NCBI GenBank assembly: GCA_021851145.1
Contig: JAJZJK010000002.1
Location: 1 to 47,444 of the forward strand
Direction of reading: 5' to 3'
Source of the DNA: Nanobdellota archaeon
Lineage (GTDB): Archaea; Nanobdellota; Nanobdellia; Parvarchaeales; Parvarchaeaceae
Length of the DNA stretch: 47,444 nucleotides
Of this stretch, positions 35,299-44,293 are shown piece by piece; the first letter of the stretch is position 1, and each line of letters begins with the position of its first letter. The notes beneath the pieces are model-generated. The model ran no database searches. It was not told the origin of the DNA and saw only the letters and a program-made list of their open reading frames with translations. A program made the position numbers and the translations under genes.

Positions 35299-35660
35299 AT
35301 GAATCTTTTAAACCTCATATACCAAAAATGCAGGTCCAATATAATAAAAATAGCAGTCAGTATAGCAAAAACAAAACCTAAATAGAACGTAGAGTATTGA
35401 ATAAGATTTGTCGCATTAAACCCTCCGTCTAAAAGATCCGCTAAAACCATTAAGCCAGTAAAAAAGGCAAAGAAGCCTGCAAACACAAAATATGGAATTT
35501 TTATGTTCTGAGGACTCAATAAATAACTTAACAAAGGCGCTTTATCAATTTTATGCTTTATCAAGGCTCTAACTATGATTATTGCATAATAAGCACCAAA
35601 GATACCGAGTATGCTAAGCAGCCCAAAAATTATTTCATCAACAGTTTTAATGTATATCAT
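35295..35660 (-). CDS. 121-aa 3-TM membrane protein (module copy 1, proximal gene)
   Basis: Same length as 45039..45404. Shared blocks: KHKIDKAPLLSYLL / KHRKDKAPLTSFFL, FFTGL / FLTGL, FYLGFVFAI / FYLAYLFGI, and C-terminal WYMRFKRFI / WRWFKLFRRFA. Confidence 0.7.
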   Translation of the reverse strand: MIYIKTVDEIIFGLLSILGIFGAYYAIIIVRALIKHKIDKAPLLSYLLSPQNIKIPYFVFAGFFAFFTGLMVLADLLDGGFNATNLIQYSTFYLGFVFAILTAIFIILDLHFWYMRFKRFI

Positions 35661-36067
35661 TATACACCTGTGTAATAAGCAATAAAGGTTATAATAAACG
35701 TAATAATGGCTGCAGATATAACAGAGTATGCAATTAAAATAACCGCCTTTTTAAGATCTAAACTATGGGAAATTCTATTTTTTATAACCCCTCTTCTACT
35801 TTTAGTATCTGATAAATCATAGATACCTTCCATAGCATTACCAACGCAAAACTTAGTATAACCTTGGTAAAAACCAACAAAACCTAAAAGAAATGGCAGT
35901 AACAATATGATGAAAAACAAGTAATTTAGCTTAAAAAATGAGAATAATACTATAAGTATAATAGCAGTAATAAAACCCAAAAACCCAATTGCATACCTTT
36001 TTCTTATTTCTTTTGGCCCTATATTACATTTTCCTGGCGAATAAGCAATTTTTTGAGAGCTGTTCAT
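35660..36067 (-). CDS. small membrane protein with conserved Cys residues (possibly DUF2892/YgaP-TM-like)
   Basis: SPGKCNIGPKEIRKRYAIGFLGF and GYTKFCVGNAMEG. The 1-nt stop/start overlap (TAATG) with the next gene suggests coupling. Confidence 0.55.
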   Translation of the reverse strand: MNSSQKIAYSPGKCNIGPKEIRKRYAIGFLGFITAIILIVLFSFFKLNYLFFIILLLPFLLGFVGFYQGYTKFCVGNAMEGIYDLSDTKSRRGVIKNRISHSLDLKKAVILIAYSVISAAIITFIITFIAYYTGV

Positions 36068-36123
36068 AAACTTAATAATAAACTTACATTAATAAAACTA
36101 TGTTTATTGAGATACAAAATTAA

Positions 36124-36936
36124 TTATATGTCCTTAACATAGCTATAAAGAGAATCTAAAGAATCAACCATTGCAGTTGGCTTATATTTGCTGCCAGTTT
36201 TTTCAGTCTGTTTGTTCATTACCCAAATTGAATCTATACCGCTCTCATTTGCCATTTTTATATCTGTATTTATCCTGTCCCCTATTACCAATAAGTCGCT
36301 TTTTTTAACTTTATAATTTTTAATTATATAATCTATAGTAGACTTAAATGGTTTACCGAATATAGAGTCCGGTTCCCTTTTTACTGCTTGTGTGATTAAG
36401 TTTATTATCAATCCGGCATCAGGTATCTCTTTTCCACCCTTATAGGGGCAGAGCGGGTCATTATGTGTTAAAATAAATTCTGTTCCTTTATTTATATGAT
36501 TTATATTACGCTTTATTTTTTGATAAGTCAAGTTTACATCAAATCCTACTATTACTATCTCAGGATTTTCTTTATCCAATACAAACCCCTTTGATAAAAG
36601 TTCCATTAAAAAATCATTTGATATAACCCCATCAAATTTTTTTATCCCCTTTTTTACTAAAAAATCCTCTACTAAATCATTTGGGAGCAGTAATTGATCT
36701 GTTTTTAGATTTACCTTGAATATCTTATCCAAAAATTTTATACGTTTATCTTTACTTTCTGAATCATTATTGCTTAATATTATAAAATCTTTATTTAGCT
36801 TTTTTAGTTTATCTAAAAAATCACTAGAAGAATCAAACGCTTTATTCCATATATATAGTGTGCCGTCACCATCTAAAAGAAAAAACTTCTTTTTATTGAA
36901 CAATTTAATTATTTTTTCTTTGTTTTTTTCTTGCAT
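36124..36936 (-). CDS. HAD-superfamily phosphatase (subfamily IIA, NagD/PNPase-like)
   Basis: FLLDGDGTLY (DxDxT), ILSNND and VIGDRINTDI. Confidence 0.8.
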   Translation of the reverse strand: MQEKNKEKIIKLFNKKKFFLLDGDGTLYIWNKAFDSSSDFLDKLKKLNKDFIILSNNDSESKDKRIKFLDKIFKVNLKTDQLLLPNDLVEDFLVKKGIKKFDGVISNDFLMELLSKGFVLDKENPEIVIVGFDVNLTYQKIKRNINHINKGTEFILTHNDPLCPYKGGKEIPDAGLIINLITQAVKREPDSIFGKPFKSTIDYIIKNYKVKKSDLLVIGDRINTDIKMANESGIDSIWVMNKQTEKTGSKYKPTAMVDSLDSLYSYVKDI

Positions 36937-36973
36937 ATAATATTAACACAATATTTAAATTAATGCTTACTGA

Positions 36974-38173
36974 TTAATTACCGCTTCCTTTTTTAACAAG
37001 AAAGACTGGAACAGCTATTACAAGAGATACTGCGCCAAATAGGAATAGTATAAGCATTGACGGCCAAACCGAAGAAAGCGGTGCATTGAAAACAACTACT
37101 TGACGAAAAGCTTGAACTCCATATGTTAAAGGCAGAACTTTAGCTATATCTGCAATTACTCCAGGCAATTCTTGTAGGGGATAAAGAACTCCACTTAAGA
37201 ATAGCATCGGGAAGAAAACCAAGTTTAAAAGCAATTGGGAAGTTTCCTGATCCTTTGTCAATGCAGTTACTAGCAACCCTAAACCAAGAAAACCAAATAT
37301 GCCTAATATAAGAATTGCAGCCATTAAAAGAATATTACCGTTAAAACTCATGTGGAACAGAAATATTACAAGTATAACTACAACTGCAGACTGTATTAAG
37401 CTTCTTACAAGCTGTGAAAGCATTTTACCAGTTAAGAAAGAACCAGTTCTTATGGGAGAAAGCATAACCGCAGTTATCGTACCATCCTCTTTTTCCCTGC
37501 TTAATGCGGAGCCTAAAGCCGTCAAACCTGCCATCATACTAAGCAGCATTATTAAACCAGGGCCTATAAAATCAAAGTAATTGCCAGATAAGATAGGCTC
37601 TGCACTTACTACGACTGGAGAGATAACAAATTCTGGGTTTATTTTTGGCAATCCAACAAGTTCTGAATTCAATTTAGATACAGTTCCGTTAACTATTTCT
37701 GCGGAAAGAACCGTAGATGCAGCTGAAACTTTAGCGTCTATGTATTCCTCCAAAGTAGGTGAAGTAGGGTTTGTTACCAATGTTAGATCCGTAGGTTTAC
37801 CTGAGACGCTTAAACTGGTAAAATTTGATGGAAAATAGATAATAGAATCTATATTTCCGCTTCTTAACGCTGATTCTGCTTCAGATAATGAAGAATAATT
37901 ACTAAAAGTTATGGTTGAATTATAATGCACTAGTGAAAGAAATGAATTACTTAAGTAAACTGTTTGTCCATTTAAATTAAACCCGCTGTCATTGTTTATA
38001 ACTCCTATATGAACTCCATTAAAACTAGATGTAGACGGAAACATAAAACCAAATAGCATTATTATAAGAACTGGGAATATAAACATCATAACTAACCTAA
38101 ATGGGGTTCTGTAAAGCTCTATCAAATCTCTTTTAGCTACAATAAACGCATCATTTAATGCTTTTAGTACCAT
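36974..38173 (-). CDS. ABC-2 type transporter permease with large extracytoplasmic loop
   Basis: One N-terminal TM, a ~150-aa loop, then 5 TM segments. It is coupled to the upstream ATPase by a 1-nt overlap. Confidence 0.8.
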   Translation of the reverse strand: MVLKALNDAFIVAKRDLIELYRTPFRLVMMFIFPVLIIMLFGFMFPSTSSFNGVHIGVINNDSGFNLNGQTVYLSNSFLSLVHYNSTITFSNYSSLSEAESALRSGNIDSIIYFPSNFTSLSVSGKPTDLTLVTNPTSPTLEEYIDAKVSAASTVLSAEIVNGTVSKLNSELVGLPKINPEFVISPVVVSAEPILSGNYFDFIGPGLIMLLSMMAGLTALGSALSREKEDGTITAVMLSPIRTGSFLTGKMLSQLVRSLIQSAVVVILVIFLFHMSFNGNILLMAAILILGIFGFLGLGLLVTALTKDQETSQLLLNLVFFPMLFLSGVLYPLQELPGVIADIAKVLPLTYGVQAFRQVVVFNAPLSSVWPSMLILFLFGAVSLVIAVPVFLVKKGSGN

Positions 38174-38958
38174 TACATGCCTCTTCTTGGAGCCAAGCTC
38201 ATCTTCTCAGTTTCATCCCTTAATTCCTCTCCGGCGTAGTGTATAAAGACATTCTCCAATGTAGCGTTTTTACCCAATTTTTTCTTAAGGTTTTTGGGAG
38301 TATCACACGCCATTAAATTTCCATGGTCTATCAATGCTACCCTATCAGACAATTCATCTGCATCCTGCATTATATGGGTAGTAAGTATTATTGTACTGCC
38401 TCTTTTATTTATGTCCCTTATTTTCTTTTTTATAAAAGCAACAGTTATCGGGTCCAAACCTACTGTAGGTTCGTCTAAAAAGAAAACTTTTGGTTCATTT
38501 AATAAAACCCGCACAAGATCAAGTCTCCTTTTCATGCCTAAAGAAAATGTACCAACAGGCCTATTTTTAAATTTTGATAGCTGAAATTCCTCTAAACCTT
38601 CATTAATTCTTTTTTGTAACTCTTTTTTGTTTATACCGTACAATCTCCCAAAAAACATTAGATTTTCTTCAGCGGTAAGTGGAGGGTACATAGTAACTTT
38701 TTCAGTTATAACTCCTATTGATTTTCTTACCTCCAACGCACCTTTTATAATATCATTACCTAAAACTGAAGCATGTCCACTTGTTGGTTTTATTAAAGTC
38801 GTAAGCATGCTTATAAGAGTGGTTTTACCCGCACCATTTGGACCTAAAATTCCAAATATCTCGCCATTTTTTATTTTTAAGCTTATAGCGTTATCAGCAG
38901 TAAAATCTCCGAATTTCTTTGTAAGCTTATCAGCTATTATAGAGTATTCCATTATCAC
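38173..38958 (-). CDS. ABC transporter ATP-binding protein (DrrA/ABC-2 type)
   Basis: GPNGAGKTT, FSLGMKRRL (signature variant), FFLDEPTVGLD and TTHIM. Confidence 0.9.
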   Translation of the reverse strand: MIMEYSIIADKLTKKFGDFTADNAISLKIKNGEIFGILGPNGAGKTTLISMLTTLIKPTSGHASVLGNDIIKGALEVRKSIGVITEKVTMYPPLTAEENLMFFGRLYGINKKELQKRINEGLEEFQLSKFKNRPVGTFSLGMKRRLDLVRVLLNEPKVFFLDEPTVGLDPITVAFIKKKIRDINKRGSTIILTTHIMQDADELSDRVALIDHGNLMACDTPKNLKKKLGKNATLENVFIHYAGEELRDETEKMSLAPRRGM

Positions 38959-39722
38959 TCTGCTTTAAGCCACCTCCTAGATAAAAATGCTCCTATACCT
39001 AAAAACAAGAAGCAGAAAATTACTAAGTATAGAAGAAACAAGAAATTTGGAGCAGTATTAAGTACAAAAGACCTCCCTAAACCTGCTGCAAAAGACAAAG
39101 GATTTACAGAACTTATGTCCCTCATCCATTGTGGAAAGATTGTAGAGGGGAAAAGAGCAGTACTTGAAAACATTAATGGCAGATTTATAAGATTAGATAC
39201 AACTCCAGGGGTTTGCCAATCATTTGAACGCATTGTTATTATAGAGTATATTGATGCCATCCCAACGCCTAAAAGAAGCAAACCCAAAATCCATACTACT
39301 AAGCTTAGGATATTAAGGTGGAACACAACGCCAAAAGCAAGACTTACAAGCATCATTATCGGGATAGAAAGTAAGCCACGTGTTGCAGCGCCAAAGACCT
39401 TACCGAAAAAAACCGACTCTTTCGGCGCTTTGGTAACAAGTATCCTCTTTAAGAAACCGAATCTTTTGTCCTGTATCATACTCATGGAACTAAACATGCC
39501 AACAAATATCATAGATGCTGCTAATTCACCAGGAAGAAGGAAAGCTATGTAGTTTGTAGTATGGAAAAAGCTGGATAAAAAGCTGGATGGGACATGAGAA
39601 AAGCTGCTACCAAAAAATACTAACCACATTATAGGCTGTACTATCATCATACCAACAACTGCTTTATTTCTAAAGGTTTTTTTAACTTCTCTTACGAACA
39701 ATGCCCAAGTTTCCTTTATCAT
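38955..39722 (-). CDS. ABC-2 type transporter permease
   Basis: 6-TM, 255-aa protein with ATGA-type overlaps on both sides. Confidence 0.8.
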   Translation of the reverse strand: MIKETWALFVREVKKTFRNKAVVGMMIVQPIMWLVFFGSSFSHVPSSFLSSFFHTTNYIAFLLPGELAASMIFVGMFSSMSMIQDKRFGFLKRILVTKAPKESVFFGKVFGAATRGLLSIPIMMLVSLAFGVVFHLNILSLVVWILGLLLLGVGMASIYSIITMRSNDWQTPGVVSNLINLPLMFSSTALFPSTIFPQWMRDISSVNPLSFAAGLGRSFVLNTAPNFLFLLYLVIFCFLFLGIGAFLSRRWLKAE

Positions 39723-40687
39723 TGTGAATTCCTCCTAACCATTGAATAAAATTTACGATAGTCTATAGCATCTTCGGATTCTTTAATAGTTGAGCCAGTT
39801 AACTTTAAGAAAACACTGTCAAGACCTGGAGTTATAAGATTTATTGAGTTAAGTTTCTCCAGATTTATTGCCTTAAGAACATCTAGCATATTATCTTTAG
39901 AATTTATTTCTATCAAAATTTTATTTTGATTATTTTCTAATACGTGAAAATTCTTTAGAGAAGACACGTCAAAACCATCCTTAACCTCAATGCTTACTGC
40001 GTAACCCCCTGCTTTCTCTTTTAATTCTGTAGGAGATCCCAAAGCTATTATTTTCCCATGAGAGATTATCGCTATTCTATCACACAGTTGATCTGCTTCT
40101 TCCATATAGTGTGTTGTAAGAAACACCGTTACTTTATACTCATTTTTTATTAGAAGTATTAAATCCCAAAGCATTTTCCTAGTTGAGACGTCTAAACCAA
40201 TAGTTGGCTCATCCATGAATATAACTTGGGGAGAATTTAATAACGCCATAGCAATCTCTAGTTTCTTTCTCATTCCTGTAGAAAACTTCCCCACATTTTT
40301 GTATTTAAATTCGGATAGCTGAAAATATTTTAGAAGAGCATCTGCGCTTTCTTCCCATTTAGTTATGCCCTGTAATGCTGCCTGAAGGCCCAGATTTTCC
40401 CATGCATTTAAGTCATCGTCTAATATTATTTCAGCGGACACCCAACCAATATTTCTTTTAACTTCCTTTTGTTTGTTTAGTATACTGTAACCTGCAACAA
40501 AAGCTTCTCCGCTAGTGGGAGCGCTTAATGTAGTCAACAATTTTATAGTAGTTGTTTTTCCTGCCCCGTTAGGGCCTAATAACCCAAATATCTCTCCTTT
40601 TTTAACCTTAAAAGAAATATCGTCTACGGCTTTAAAATTCCCGTATTGCTTACTTAGGGACCTTACATCCACAGTTATTTCATCCAT
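39719..40687 (-). CDS. ABC transporter ATP-binding protein (DrrA/ABC-2 type) with C-terminal extension
   Basis: GPNGAGKTT, FSTGMRKKL, IFMDEPTIGLD and TTHYMEEAD. I prefer the start at ATG 40687 (MDEITVDV...), just after the PadR stop at 40689. The track start at 40717 overlaps PadR. Confidence 0.9.
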   Translation of the reverse strand: MDEITVDVRSLSKQYGNFKAVDDISFKVKKGEIFGLLGPNGAGKTTTIKLLTTLSAPTSGEAFVAGYSILNKQKEVKRNIGWVSAEIILDDDLNAWENLGLQAALQGITKWEESADALLKYFQLSEFKYKNVGKFSTGMRKKLEIAMALLNSPQVIFMDEPTIGLDVSTRKMLWDLILLIKNEYKVTVFLTTHYMEEADQLCDRIAIISHGKIIALGSPTELKEKAGGYAVSIEVKDGFDVSSLKNFHVLENNQNKILIEINSKDNMLDVLKAINLEKLNSINLITPGLDSVFLKLTGSTIKESEDAIDYRKFYSMVRRNSQ

Positions 40688-40688
40688 A

Positions 40689-41210
40689 TTATTTGAGTAT
40701 ACTGTGTAACCTCTCATCTATTTTTTTAAGTATTTTTTTATTTTCTTTGTTTAGAAGTTTCTCCTTTTCTAGTATAAACTCAGACAGATTATCCAATGTT
40801 TCTACAGTTTCATCTATGCTGGCCCCTTCATCTTTATTCATAAAAGAAGATGCAGACCTCCATGGAAACCATGAACTGTCTAAGTACTCCTTTCCTTTAG
40901 GAGTAATTGAATAATATTTTTTATTGTCACTTTGTTCTACTTTAACAAGCCCACCTTCAGAGAGGTACTTTAAAATAGAATAGATACTTCCAGGAGAGGG
41001 CCTCCAAAAACCAAAACTCATGTCATAGATTTTGTCTATCATTTGAGCCCCAGTCATCTTTTCCTTTGATACCAGCATTAATATCCAATATTTTATTCCA
41101 AAACCTCGAGTCATACCGTGCATTGAATGCCTAAACTTATGAATCATAACATTTGGATCAATATCAAATCCAAAATTTATTTTATTAAAGTTATCATCTT
41201 CATTTTGCAT
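40689..41210 (-). CDS. PadR-family transcription regulator (first gene of the double ABC-2 operon)
   Basis: MTGAQMIDKIYDMSFGFWRPSPGSIYSILKYLSEGGLVKV...YYSITPKGKEYL. SD-like GGAGGT at 41216..41221 lies 5 nt upstream of the ATG. Confidence 0.8.
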   Translation of the reverse strand: MQNEDDNFNKINFGFDIDPNVMIHKFRHSMHGMTRGFGIKYWILMLVSKEKMTGAQMIDKIYDMSFGFWRPSPGSIYSILKYLSEGGLVKVEQSDNKKYYSITPKGKEYLDSSWFPWRSASSFMNKDEGASIDETVETLDNLSEFILEKEKLLNKENKKILKKIDERLHSILK

Positions 41211-41222
41211 ATTATACCTCCA

Positions 41223-41239
41223 ATATCGTTTTACGATAT
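41223..41239. promoter_or_regulatory. 17-bp palindrome ATATCGT-ttt-ACGATAT, candidate PadR auto-operator
   Basis: Perfect 7-bp arms located between the TATA-like tttatttaaata (41257..41268) and the SD of the PadR gene, over the expected transcription start. The same arms occur at 15643..15660. Confidence 0.5.
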
Positions 41240-41435
41240 CTATTTTAGATATAACTTTATTTAAATAGCTTTCTTTTTATATGCTAAGCACTCTTCTTTC
41301 TGCAATTTATATTTATAAACATAAAATTAAATCTTTTATGTCCAACCAGAATATGTGTTTTTCTATCTTAGTAAAACCTCTGCGGTGAAACCTATGCATA
41401 ATAAGATAAAGCTGAAAGCAATGCTTTACAATGGA

Positions 41436-41467
41436 CTGCTCAAAGTATAGAGCAAATGATTGAGCAG
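41436..41467. promoter_or_regulatory. 8-bp inverted repeat ctgctcaa-N16-ttgagcag in the PadR/SOD divergent intergenic region
   Basis: Perfect arms at 41436..41443 and 41460..41467. Function unknown. Confidence 0.25.
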
Positions 41468-41579
41468 CACAGATATTCTTAGATAATACTATCGGCTTTT
41501 AGTGTAGTTATGCGTAGGGATATCTTTTCTACTTAAAATTTTATATACTATAACTGTGTTATAATAATCGGGTGATTTT

Positions 41580-42197
41580 ATGGCAAACTACGATGATCAA
41601 TATGAAGTACAAAAATTAAATTATAAATCTTTAGAAGGTTTCTCGGAAAAACAAATAAGTTTCCACCATGATGTACATTATGCTGGTTACGTAAAAAAGA
41701 GAAATGAAGTACACAATAAACTAAAAACAGTTGATAAAAGCACCGCAAATGCTAATTACAGTGAGTTTAGGTCACTAAAGAAAGAAGAAACGTTTAATGC
41801 TAGTGGTCAACTTTTACATGAATTATATTTTGAAATGTTTGGTGGTGATGGTAAATACTCAGAGGACATGCCTCTTGTAAAAAAAATAAATGAAGATTTT
41901 GGAAGTTTTGAAAACTTTAAAAATGATATGATGTCAACTGCAAAAGCAGCTAGAGGCTGGGCGATACTTGCCATAGACCCAACTGACAATAAATTAAGGA
42001 CATTTTTAGCGGATGTGCATAATGACGGTGCGGTTTGGGGTTCTATACCTATAATAGCTTTAGACGTGTATGAACATGCATTTTATGTTGATTATGGCCC
42101 AGATAAAGCTAAATATCTAGAACCTTTCTTCAACAACTTAGACTGGAAAAAGTTAAATGAGAGATATGTCAAGTTCCAGAATGTTTACAAAAGGTAA
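41580..42197 (+). CDS. sod: Fe/Mn superoxide dismutase
   Basis: FHHDVHYAGYV, GWAIL and DVYEHAFY (D-x-[WY]-E-H metal ligands). TATA ttttatata at 41539..41547 and SD-like gggtga 5 nt upstream indicate a short leader. Confidence 0.9.
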   Translation: MANYDDQYEVQKLNYKSLEGFSEKQISFHHDVHYAGYVKKRNEVHNKLKTVDKSTANANYSEFRSLKKEETFNASGQLLHELYFEMFGGDGKYSEDMPLVKKINEDFGSFENFKNDMMSTAKAARGWAILAIDPTDNKLRTFLADVHNDGAVWGSIPIIALDVYEHAFYVDYGPDKAKYLEPFFNNLDWKKLNERYVKFQNVYKR

Positions 42198-42246
42198 TCA
42201 ATCAAAGTTACATTTACAGGGATACTGTTAAGATTGTAAAAAATAT

Positions 42247-42612
42247 ATGAAAACTAAAAATAACTCAGTTTTAGAGGAACTTTGTAGAATATCTGATGAA
42301 GAAACTATTAAAAAGGTATTTGGTCAGCAATACGACGTAATCTTAGACAATCTAGCTTATATATTTAAAGAGGGGTACAAGGATACATTAGATACTTACT
42401 ATAGACTTAATGGCTCAGAAATGAACCAAATATCCAAAGATAGAATGAAAATTATTTTATCGAAAGGACTTAAAAAAATAGGATACTCTAATTTTGATAT
42501 AGACTTTGATGATACAGAACAGATCAAAGTTGGTATATATGGTTACAATATAGCAACCATTTATAAGATGTTATCTAAAAATAACAATAAAAAACGTGGA
42601 AAATACAAATAA
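42247..42612 (+). CDS. hypothetical protein (121 aa)
   Basis: ORF 50 nt after sod on the same strand. No motif recognised. Confidence 0.5.
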   Translation: MKTKNNSVLEELCRISDEETIKKVFGQQYDVILDNLAYIFKEGYKDTLDTYYRLNGSEMNQISKDRMKIILSKGLKKIGYSNFDIDFDDTEQIKVGIYGYNIATIYKMLSKNNNKKRGKYK

Positions 42613-42633
42613 CCAGCTAACCTTACTTTTAGT

Positions 42634-43521
42634 TTAAGGATAAAATTTGTGATATTTTCTTTTATACCTGTCTATCAAACTTTGTTCTCTTTTTTCCTCT
42701 AGGAGTATACCCCTGTTAATATTTTTAATTCTTTTCTGATCCGAAGGATAATTAGGGTTTACATCCTGTTTATTAATTTGATTAATGAACCCAACTTTTA
42801 CATCCCGCTGTTCGTTCCAATAGATTATTATGTTATCAAAATACAAATTATTGTGTGATAAGCCTTGTTTATTAATGTATTGTAACGTTTCATTTATCTG
42901 ATTACGAACCTTACCTAGCTCTTCCTTCCTTTTTTTGTATACATCTATTCTTGCCGAATATTCTTTCATAAACTTCTCGCCGTCCGCCAATTTAGTAATT
43001 CCGTGCTTTAAAATAAACTTGTTAAGTTCTTCTCTAGGTATTAAATCCTGCAAAGACGTTACTCTCCTAAGTTTATCACTTACTAATTTTTCATCCCAAT
43101 TTTGATAATTAATAATGTAATCTTGTAAAGAAACAAGCTTAGGCAAGTCAGGTCTAACTTCATTGCCGTTAAAGGATTCATAAAGATATCCCGTCTTTCT
43201 GTTAGAATCATCAGTAATTAACGCTACCGGTTTTGGAAAATTATCTGGTCTTAGCCCGTAAAGATCTTTTAGCAGGTGGTACTGCCTACTAAAGTAACCA
43301 TCAAAAAACCCAGTATTATACAGGTTATTGAATTGGAGATAGTCTTTGCTTCTAATATTAGGGTATGAATCTATAGAATACCGTTCATTTATAACCAAAC
43401 CCCTCTCATTAAAATCTATATTTTTTACGGATTCTGAATTTAAGATAAGATTTCCTTCAGAATCTTCAGTATAATTCAAATCTTTCAATAAATCCTCAAT
43501 TTTAGTTAATTTTTTTGACAT
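42634..43521 (-). CDS. hypothetical protein, possibly a kinase-fold protein with Asn in place of both catalytic Asp residues
   Basis: GLSHNNLYFDNIIIY compares with HxDxxxxN (D to N). VKVGFINQ compares with the DFG-like Asp (D to N). YLYESFNG is hinge-like. Confidence 0.5.
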   Translation of the reverse strand: MSKKLTKIEDLLKDLNYTEDSEGNLILNSESVKNIDFNERGLVINERYSIDSYPNIRSKDYLQFNNLYNTGFFDGYFSRQYHLLKDLYGLRPDNFPKPVALITDDSNRKTGYLYESFNGNEVRPDLPKLVSLQDYIINYQNWDEKLVSDKLRRVTSLQDLIPREELNKFILKHGITKLADGEKFMKEYSARIDVYKKRKEELGKVRNQINETLQYINKQGLSHNNLYFDNIIIYWNEQRDVKVGFINQINKQDVNPNYPSDQKRIKNINRGILLEEKREQSLIDRYKRKYHKFYP

Positions 43522-43580
43522 ATTGATTTAATTACTACTAGCTTATGAATACTAATAGTATTAATAGTTAATTATACCAA

Positions 43581-44096
43581 TTAATTGAAATAAGAATCAC
43601 TTTTATAATCCCCTAGCCTGATACTTGTAGCAGCAATAAGTTTTCTAAAATTCTCATAGTTAATGTTTTTTACAACATCATAGTTCAAGTAAACTTTATA
43701 ATTGCCAGAAGTCTTTCTTCGTATGTAAGCTGCAGGGGCTATGCCACTCTTTAACTTAATTCCGAAGTATTCATCTTCATAATAGTTATCTCTTGTCCGG
43801 TATATCCCGTCCATATAAAAAAGTGGAAAGCTATCTATCATTAAATTTCTATTGTAGGATTTTGCGCCACCTTTTATTATAATGTAATCTGTTGGTTTTG
43901 ATGGAAAAGTCGAATTCTTTTTCCTCTTCTCTAATAGCGCTATCTTTATGTCTTTAAAATAATCCGATAATTCTTGGTGAGAAAATTTTAATATTTTTTC
44001 TGGGCTTTCCTCCTTAAATTCAGAGAGTATATTCTCTAAGCTTTTTCTTAGTTTATCCAAGTCTCCAGAAGCATAAGTATTATTTTTCTTAAACAT
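43581..44096 (-). CDS. hypothetical protein (171 aa)
   Basis: ORF with TATA-like cttataaaagcc about 26 nt upstream. No motif recognised. Confidence 0.5.
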   Translation of the reverse strand: MFKKNNTYASGDLDKLRKSLENILSEFKEESPEKILKFSHQELSDYFKDIKIALLEKRKKNSTFPSKPTDYIIIKGGAKSYNRNLMIDSFPLFYMDGIYRTRDNYYEDEYFGIKLKSGIAPAAYIRRKTSGNYKVYLNYDVVKNINYENFRKLIAATSIRLGDYKSDSYFN

Positions 44097-44264
44097 ACCT
44101 CCTTAAAGAGTAGTAATCTTATAAAAGCCTTTTTATTTTTATTATGTGTTTAATTAAATTTTTTCCACAAGCCTATACAAAAGTTTAAAAAATATCTTTA
44201 GACCATAAAAAAAGTGATTATTTCAATAAAATAAAATACTTTTAGCTACTTTGAATAGATAATT

Positions 44265-44273
44265 ATTTAAATA
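44265..44273 (+). promoter_or_regulatory. TATA box for speH
   Basis: atttaaata is centred about 25 nt upstream of ATG 44294. Confidence 0.5.
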
Positions 44274-44293
44274 GAATTATTCAATAATAATCA

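Noticed and set aside
39115-39552. 145-aa ORF on the + strand
   Set aside because: It is antisense to the ABC-2 permease inside a tightly overlapping operon. 37299..37838, 38294..38968 and 40515..40914 are rejected likewise.
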